Origin: Gallionella sp.
GTDB taxonomy: Bacteria; Pseudomonadota; Gammaproteobacteria; Burkholderiales; Gallionellaceae
Direction: 5' to 3'
DNA length: 64,000 bases
Assembly (NCBI GenBank): GCA_036171175.1
Contig: JAVHQO010000213.1
Coordinates: forward strand, 1,431-65,430
Shown here: in pieces, positions 58,426 through 64,000 of the stretch
How positions within the stretch are numbered: the stretch's first letter is position 1
Layout of the letters: each line of letters begins with the position of its first letter
Position numbers and translations under genes: made by a program
The notes under the pieces: model-generated
Told to the model about the DNA's origin: nothing
The model's input: the letters and a program-made list of their open reading frames with translations, nothing else
Database searches by the model: none

Positions 58426-60396
58426 ATGATTCCAGAACTCGGTCACTTTTCGCTCATCATCGCGCTCGCGATTGCCTTAACTTTAGGCACGCTGCCGATG
58501 TGGGGCGCAGCGCGTAACAACCCTGTGTTAATGGGCGTTGCGCGTCCGCTGGCATACGCACAATTTTTGTTTATGGTGTTCGCTTTTGGCACGCTGGCTT
58601 ACGCATTTTTAAGCAATGATTTTTCGGTGTTGTACGTTGCGCAACATTCGAATTCGCAATTGCCTGCGCACTATCGTTTCTCCGCAATTTGGGGCGGACA
58701 CGAAGGTTCGCTGTTGTTGTGGGCTTTGATTTTGTCGGTATGGACGATGGCAGTGGCGACGTTTAGCAAACATTTGCCGCAAGAAATGGTGGCGCGCGTG
58801 TTGGCGGTGATGGGTTTGGTGTCGGTTGGTTTCTTGTTGTTTATGCTGTTTACCTCCAGCCCATTTGAACGTTTATTGCCCGCTGCTTTAGACGGTCGCG
58901 ATTTGAATCCGTTGTTGCAAGATCCAGGCTTGGTGATTCATCCGCCCATGTTGTATATGGGTTACGTGGGGTTTTCGGTAGCGTTCGCATTTGCCATTGC
59001 GGCGTTAATTGGCGGCAAATTAGACGCAACGTGGGCGCGTTGGTCACGTCCTTGGACAACGGTGGCGTGGGTGTTTATGACCTTCGGCATCGCACTCGGC
59101 AGCGGTTGGGCGTATTACGAATTGGGCTGGGGCGGCTGGTGGTTTTGGGATCCGGTGGAGAACGCCTCGTTTATGCCTTGGTTAGTTGGCACGGCACTGA
59201 TTCATTCTTTAGCCGTGACAGAAAAACGTGGCGCGTTTAAGAGTTGGACGATTTTGTTGGCGATTGCCGCATTTTCTTTAAGCCTGCTGGGTACATTTTT
59301 AGTCCGTTCGGGGGTGTTGACTTCAGTGCATTCGTTTGCCGCCGATCCTAAGCGCGGGATTTTTATTCTGAGCTTCTTGGTGTTGGTGATTGGCGCGTCA
59401 CTGTTGTTGTTCGCTTGGCGCGCACCGAAAATTGGCTTGGGCGGCAAGTTCGATTTGCTGTCGCGCGAATCGTTGCTGTTGTCTAACAATGTGTTGCTGA
59501 CAGTGGCTTCTGCCTCGGTATTTATTGGCACGCTTTATCCGCTGTTTATGGATGCGCTGGGCTACGGCAAGTTGTCGGTTGGCGCGCCGTATTTTGAAGC
59601 GGTATTTGTGCCGCTGATGGTGCCGATGATTTTGATGATGGGCTTAGGTCCGTTAGCGCGCTGGAAAAAAATGGCAGTGCCTGAGTTAGCTAAACGCGTG
59701 CGTTGGGGTTTTGCTGCGGCAGTGGTGACGGCGTTGTTATTACCGCTGGTGTTAGGACGCTGGACACCGTTTATTGCGCTGGGCTTGATGATGGCGTTCT
59801 GGGTGATTGCCTCGTTAGTGATTAGTTTGCGCGGGCGTTTAACTGGCGCGGGGACATTTATGCAGCGTGTGCGCGCTCAAAGTTTGAGCTATTACGGGAT
59901 GCAATTAGCGCACTTAGGCGTGGCGGTTTTTATTATTGGCGTGACGCTGGTGAAAGGTTTCGAGACCGAACGCGATGTACGCATGAACGTCGGCGACACG
60001 GTGCAAGCAGGCGGTTACGAATTCCGTTTTAACGGCGTGACTGATTTGACTGGTCCAAATTATGTTGGTGGCGTAGGGCATATCAGCGTGAACAAAAACG
60101 GCCAATTGATTGCGGAGATGTCACCTGAAAAACGCTTGTACAACGTGACTGGAATGCCTCTGACGGAGGCTGCGATACGCACTGGTTTGTTGGGCGATTT
60201 GTATGTGTCGTTAGGCGAGCCAATTCCTGAAGCAGAAGGCGCGTGGGCGGTGCGGATTTATATCAAACCGTTCGTGGATTGGATTTGGTTTGGCGCATTG
60301 TTGATGGGGCTAGGCGGCATTTTGGCGGTGGCAGATCGTCGTTATCGTATTCATAAAACGGTTAAATCCGACTTGGCTCAAGGAGTGTCAGCATGA
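58426..60396 (+). CDS. ccmF: Cytochrome c synthetase CcmF
   Basis: MIPELGH, HPPMLY, WGGWWFWDPVENAS. Confidence 0.97.
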   Translation: MIPELGHFSLIIALAIALTLGTLPMWGAARNNPVLMGVARPLAYAQFLFMVFAFGTLAYAFLSNDFSVLYVAQHSNSQLPAHYRFSAIWGGHEGSLLLWALILSVWTMAVATFSKHLPQEMVARVLAVMGLVSVGFLLFMLFTSSPFERLLPAALDGRDLNPLLQDPGLVIHPPMLYMGYVGFSVAFAFAIAALIGGKLDATWARWSRPWTTVAWVFMTFGIALGSGWAYYELGWGGWWFWDPVENASFMPWLVGTALIHSLAVTEKRGAFKSWTILLAIAAFSLSLLGTFLVRSGVLTSVHSFAADPKRGIFILSFLVLVIGASLLLFAWRAPKIGLGGKFDLLSRESLLLSNNVLLTVASASVFIGTLYPLFMDALGYGKLSVGAPYFEAVFVPLMVPMILMMGLGPLARWKKMAVPELAKRVRWGFAAAVVTALLLPLVLGRWTPFIALGLMMAFWVIASLVISLRGRLTGAGTFMQRVRAQSLSYYGMQLAHLGVAVFIIGVTLVKGFETERDVRMNVGDTVQAGGYEFRFNGVTDLTGPNYVGGVGHISVNKNGQLIAEMSPEKRLYNVTGMPLTEAAIRTGLLGDLYVSLGEPIPEAEGAWAVRIYIKPFVDWIWFGALLMGLGGILAVADRRYRIHKTVKSDLAQGVSA

Positions 60397-60923
60397 TGCG
60401 TTTTATTTTGCCTTTGGTGTTGTTTCTGGGTTTGTCGTGGTTTTTATTTCAAGGTCTAGGGCGCGACACACGCGAAGTGCCGTCGCCTTTGGTCGGCAAA
60501 GCCGCCCCAGCTTTTGTTTTGCCAACTTTACATGACGAGACAAAAAAGTTTTCGCCAGCGGATATGCAAGGCAAAGTTTGGTTGCTGAATGTGTGGGCAT
60601 CTTGGTGCGGCGCGTGTAAAGACGAACATCCGATTTTGATGGCATTGTCTAAGCAAAATCTCGTACCGATTGTTGGTCTAGATTACAAAGACAAGCGTGC
60701 GGATGGCGAGGCAACCTTGGCGAAGGCGGGCGATCCCTACACGCTGACGATTGCCGATGCGGATGGCAAAGTGGGCTTTGATTATGGTGTGTACGGCGTG
60801 CCAGAAACCTATGTCATCGACAAGCACGGCGTGATTGCTTACAAGTTAATCGGCGCGGTGAGCTCACAAAATCTTAGCGAAAAAATCTTGCCTTTAGTGG
60901 CGCAGTTACAAGCTCAACCATGA
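60393..60923 (+). CDS. ccmG: Thiol:disulfide interchange protein CcmG/DsbE
   Basis: WASWCGAC, YGVPET. Confidence 0.95.
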   Translation: MMRFILPLVLFLGLSWFLFQGLGRDTREVPSPLVGKAAPAFVLPTLHDETKKFSPADMQGKVWLLNVWASWCGACKDEHPILMALSKQNLVPIVGLDYKDKRADGEATLAKAGDPYTLTIADADGKVGFDYGVYGVPETYVIDKHGVIAYKLIGAVSSQNLSEKILPLVAQLQAQP

Positions 60924-61381
60924 AAAATTTATTCTTAGTTTTAATGTTGTGTGTGCCGACTTTTGCGTTCGCGGGTGAAGCGCAAGACTTAGCCGATGAT
61001 CCTGTTATCGAAGTGCGCATGATTAAATTAGCGGAAAAAGTGCGCTGTTTAGTGTGTCAAAGCGAACCTGTTTCTACCTCACATTCGGATTGGTCGAATG
61101 ACGTGCGCGCCATCATGCGCGACAAGATGAAAGCGGGCGCGACGGATCAAGAAATCATGGATTTATTGGTCGAACGTTTTGGCAAATCGGTGCTGTTTGA
61201 TCCGCCTGTTGATAAAGAAACCATGCCGCTGTGGTTAGCTCCCTTTGCCTTGTTATTTGTGGGCTTGGGCTTTTTGCTGATGCAGTTGCGCAAACGCAAA
61301 ACGCAAGTGATGGACAGCACTTTGACGGCGGAACAATCACAACGAGCCGCTGACCTTTTGAACTCGAAAGACACTCAATAA
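60920..61381 (+). CDS. ccmH: Cytochrome c biogenesis protein CcmH
   Basis: RCLVCQ, C-terminal TM. Confidence 0.92.
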   Translation: MKNLFLVLMLCVPTFAFAGEAQDLADDPVIEVRMIKLAEKVRCLVCQSEPVSTSHSDWSNDVRAIMRDKMKAGATDQEIMDLLVERFGKSVLFDPPVDKETMPLWLAPFALLFVGLGFLLMQLRKRKTQVMDSTLTAEQSQRAADLLNSKDTQ

Positions 61382-62637
61382 TGACTTTATTTTGGATACT
61401 CGCAGCGAGTTTGCTGCTAATCGCGATTGCCTTTGTGGTGATTCCTTTATGGCGCAAAAACACCCGCAATAATGCGGTGTTGCGCGACGCAGCTAATTTG
61501 GAAATTTTGCGCGATCAATCTGCCGAAATGTCCGCCGACTTAGCGCATGGACTGCTTAACGAAGAGTCGTTTGCGCAAGGTCAGCGTGAGTTGCAAGCGC
61601 GCTTGTTAGATGAAATTAAACCGACTGAAACGATGCCTGCCGCACCGCGCAATCCCGCTAAAGTATTGGCTTTGGTGCTGGCAGTGTTGTTGCCATTAAG
61701 CTCGGTATTGCTCTACTTAAAATTAGGTAACAGCAAAGCTTTGTTACCGCAACAAGCTGAACTGAGTGTGGCAGATGGTTTTGGCGTGATTCGTTCCGAA
61801 GCGGCGTTGCAAGACTTGGAAGCGAAGCTCGTCAAGTTCCCTGAAAATCCTGACGGCTGGTTACAACTGGGACGTTCATATAGTGAATTAAAACGCTACA
61901 GCGATGCCGTGCGCGCGTATGAACATTTAGTTAAGTTAGTCCCGAATGAAGCGCAGTTGTGGACGGATTATGCGGATGCTTATGCGATGGATCATGGTCA
62001 AACGTTGCTTGGTGAACCGACTAAATTTTTAGATAAAGCCTTAGCCTTAGACGAAAAAAATACCACTGCTTTAGCGTTGTCTGGCTCTGCGGCGATGGAA
62101 CGTGGTGACTATGTGGCGGCGATTACGCACTGGCAAAAGTTAGTCGCATTGTTGCCCGCCGACTATCAAGATATTCAGATGATTAAAGATGGCGTAAAAC
62201 AAGCGCGCGAATTTTTGGCGATGCAAGCGGGTGGCAAAGCAAAATTGGCACAACTGGATAAAGGCGTATCGGCAGCTAAGACGGTTGCTAGCGCGCAAGC
62301 TATTACAGGCAAGGTTTCCATTAGTCCTGAGTTGTTGAGTAAAGTCTCGCCAGACGACATCGTATTCATCTTAGCGCGCGCGTCTGAAGGCCCCAAAATG
62401 CCTTTGGCAGTATTGCGTAAACAAGTGAAAGATTTACCGTTGGAATTCAGCTTGGACGACAGCATGGCGATGCAGCCGCAGTTGAAATTATCAGGATTTG
62501 GGCAAGTCGTCGTGGTCGCACGCGTGTCCAAATCAGGTACGCCGATGGCACAAACAGGTGATGTAGAAGGCATGAGCGCGACGGTTAAACCTGGCACAAA
62601 AGGATTGACTATCGTCATTGATCAGCTCGTCAAATAA
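61381..62637 (+). CDS. ccmI: Cytochrome c biogenesis protein CcmI/CycH
   Basis: N-terminal TMs, TPR region, C-terminal MPLAV...LDDSMAM domain. Confidence 0.9.
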   Translation: MTLFWILAASLLLIAIAFVVIPLWRKNTRNNAVLRDAANLEILRDQSAEMSADLAHGLLNEESFAQGQRELQARLLDEIKPTETMPAAPRNPAKVLALVLAVLLPLSSVLLYLKLGNSKALLPQQAELSVADGFGVIRSEAALQDLEAKLVKFPENPDGWLQLGRSYSELKRYSDAVRAYEHLVKLVPNEAQLWTDYADAYAMDHGQTLLGEPTKFLDKALALDEKNTTALALSGSAAMERGDYVAAITHWQKLVALLPADYQDIQMIKDGVKQAREFLAMQAGGKAKLAQLDKGVSAAKTVASAQAITGKVSISPELLSKVSPDDIVFILARASEGPKMPLAVLRKQVKDLPLEFSLDDSMAMQPQLKLSGFGQVVVVARVSKSGTPMAQTGDVEGMSATVKPGTKGLTIVIDQLVK

Positions 62638-62651
62638 TCAGCTATACCGTT

Positions 62652-62688
62652 AAAAAAAGCAGCCGAGTTAATTGCGGCTGCTTTTTTT
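62652..62688 (+). terminator. Terminator of ccm operon
   Basis: AAAAAAAGCAGCCG...CGGCTGCTTTTTTT. Confidence 0.9.
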
Positions 62689-62811
62689 GCCTCCAAAATT
62701 GGCAGTAACTAGATAATTTTAGGAGCTAGTGCGGATTAAAGTTAAGCTATGATTCGCCTGTGTGAGTAAGGCATACAAGGGTAATCATAAATTTGATAGG
62801 GGGAATGAGAC

Positions 62812-63207
62812 ATGTTGAAAATAATCGTCGCAGTGGTATTGCTGGTGTCAGCAGGTTCGGGCTGGTTTTATTTGGACTACCTGAATAAACAAGAACAAAT
62901 CGCCGCACAAGAGTTGCGTCTCAGTGTCGAAAAAAATCGTGCGCAAGCGGCTGCGGCAGAGCAAGCCCGACTCGCTGCCAAGCTAGCATTTGAAACGAAG
63001 CTGAATACTGAATTGAAAACTTGTCTAGATGCCACACAGCAAGCCAATACTGATTTTTTAACCGCGAATCAAAAACCTGTGCCGCGTAAAGCAGGTCAAT
63101 TTAGCGTGCCACAATTAGCCTTAGATAGCGCAGCCCAAACGCTTGCGACGAGCACAGCAGACTGCCAACTAAAGTTTGAGCAGGAATTGAGTGTCGGAAG
63201 TAATTAG
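62812..63207 (+). CDS. Hypothetical membrane-anchored protein (131 aa)
   Basis: SD AGGGGG, N-terminal TM, coiled coil, two Cys. Confidence 0.75.
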   Translation: MLKIIVAVVLLVSAGSGWFYLDYLNKQEQIAAQELRLSVEKNRAQAAAAEQARLAAKLAFETKLNTELKTCLDATQQANTDFLTANQKPVPRKAGQFSVPQLALDSAAQTLATSTADCQLKFEQELSVGSN

Positions 63208-63225
63208 GGCCAGACTCGATTTAAT
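63201..63225. repeat. Left inverted repeat flanking Y1 transposase
   Basis: TAATTAGGGCCAGACTCGATTTAAT; 23/25 match to reverse complement of 63957-63981. Confidence 0.85.
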
Positions 63226-63916
63226 CTGCCACTTCTTTTTTAGGTCGTCCGCGCGCCATCGGTATTGCTCGTCTATCTGTCAGCGCACGCACCTTCTCGC
63301 CAAACTGAGAACCCCCCAACACCCATCCTTTATTTGTGGCATCACGAATCGCATCCATATCCAATTTTGAAACCTGCGCGCGAAACAATTGCCGATAAGC
63401 AGACTCACGCTCTTCATCGCTACGACCAAGTCGCTGGTACAACTCATGCCGCGCAATCAGCACATCCGCAACGCCTTGAGCATTCGCAAGGTAACTCGAC
63501 CACGGATAATCACTTGGATATGCCACCATCTTTGCTCGCACCGGATTCATCTCGATGTAACGCATACACGTCAGCAGATACCGCTCGCTATCAATCAGCG
63601 TACTTTTGTAGCGTCCCTCCCACAGCGTACCCGTGCGCTGATAGGTGTAATTGAAATACTGCACATAGAGCCGCCCAATCGACTGCAACGTTTTCGACAA
63701 GCTCAATTTCGATGCGGGCGTAACCAACAAATGTACATGATTGGTCATCAACACATAAGCGTGAATCGTGAGCCCATGTACTTCAGCCGCCTCCTGCAAA
63801 CAAAGCAGATAAAAATGATAATCGGCATCGGTAGCGAAGATAGGCTCGCGGTTATTGCCGCGCTGAATTACATGTAAAGGCTGGTCGGGGAGATATAAGC
63901 GAGGAAGGCGAGCCAT
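63221..63916 (-). CDS. REP-associated tyrosine transposase-like (RAYT, HUH Y1) protein
   Basis: HVIQRGNN, YVLMTNHVHLL (HUH), LWEGRY, YIEMNPVRA, YPWSS; SD AGGAG before ATG 63916. Confidence 0.9.
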   Translation of the reverse strand: MARLPRLYLPDQPLHVIQRGNNREPIFATDADYHFYLLCLQEAAEVHGLTIHAYVLMTNHVHLLVTPASKLSLSKTLQSIGRLYVQYFNYTYQRTGTLWEGRYKSTLIDSERYLLTCMRYIEMNPVRAKMVAYPSDYPWSSYLANAQGVADVLIARHELYQRLGRSDEERESAYRQLFRAQVSKLDMDAIRDATNKGWVLGGSQFGEKVRALTDRRAIPMARGRPKKEVAD

Positions 63917-63956
63917 CTGCAACTCCTAGTTTGTTGAGATGGTGCAAGGTTATCAA

Positions 63957-63981
63957 ATTAAATCGAGTCTGACCCTATTTA
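63957..63981. repeat. Right inverted repeat flanking Y1 transposase
   Basis: ATTAAATCGAGTCTGACCCTATTTA. Confidence 0.85.
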
Positions 63982-64000
63982 TTCCCATATTGGTTAATCG

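Noticed and set aside
55690-62637. ccm operon as a novel system
   Set aside because: Canonical System I cytochrome c maturation order ccmABCDEFGHI

Overview
Core-genome segment of a betaproteobacterium; gene order and protein style resemble Nitrosomonadales/Gallionellaceae (inference). It carries ribBX-ribH-nusB-thiL-pgpA, HU, acpP-fabF-pabC-mltG-tmk-holB-tatD, tRNA-Gly/Cys/Gly, two peptide-ABC permeases, the rpsB-tsf-pyrH-frr-uppS-cdsA-dxr-rseP-bamA-skp-lpxD-fabZ-lpxA-lpxB-rnhB cluster, tRNA-Pro-surE-pcm-nlpD-radical SAM, gph/ubiG, queF/smc, trxB, carAB-greA, rlmE-ftsH-folP-glmM, an ABC-F gene, ccmA-I and a RAYT-like Y1 transposase flanked by 25-bp inverted repeats. The proteins are mostly ordinary; the unusual signal is in the gene junctions, which host several families of small palindromic elements. 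These are a ~140-bp MITE-like rod (4 copies, two with 3-bp flanking direct repeats), a ~150-bp element between the ABC permeases, 7-nt-periodic hairpins at many junctions, a degenerate REP doublet and an in-frame palindromic insert inside thiL. Two inserted elements are open end to end as ~50-codon ORFs that start at the upstream stop codon and end on the downstream start codon, suggesting translational bridging. A candidate attenuator lies upstream of carA. All calls come from reading the sequence; no database searches were run.
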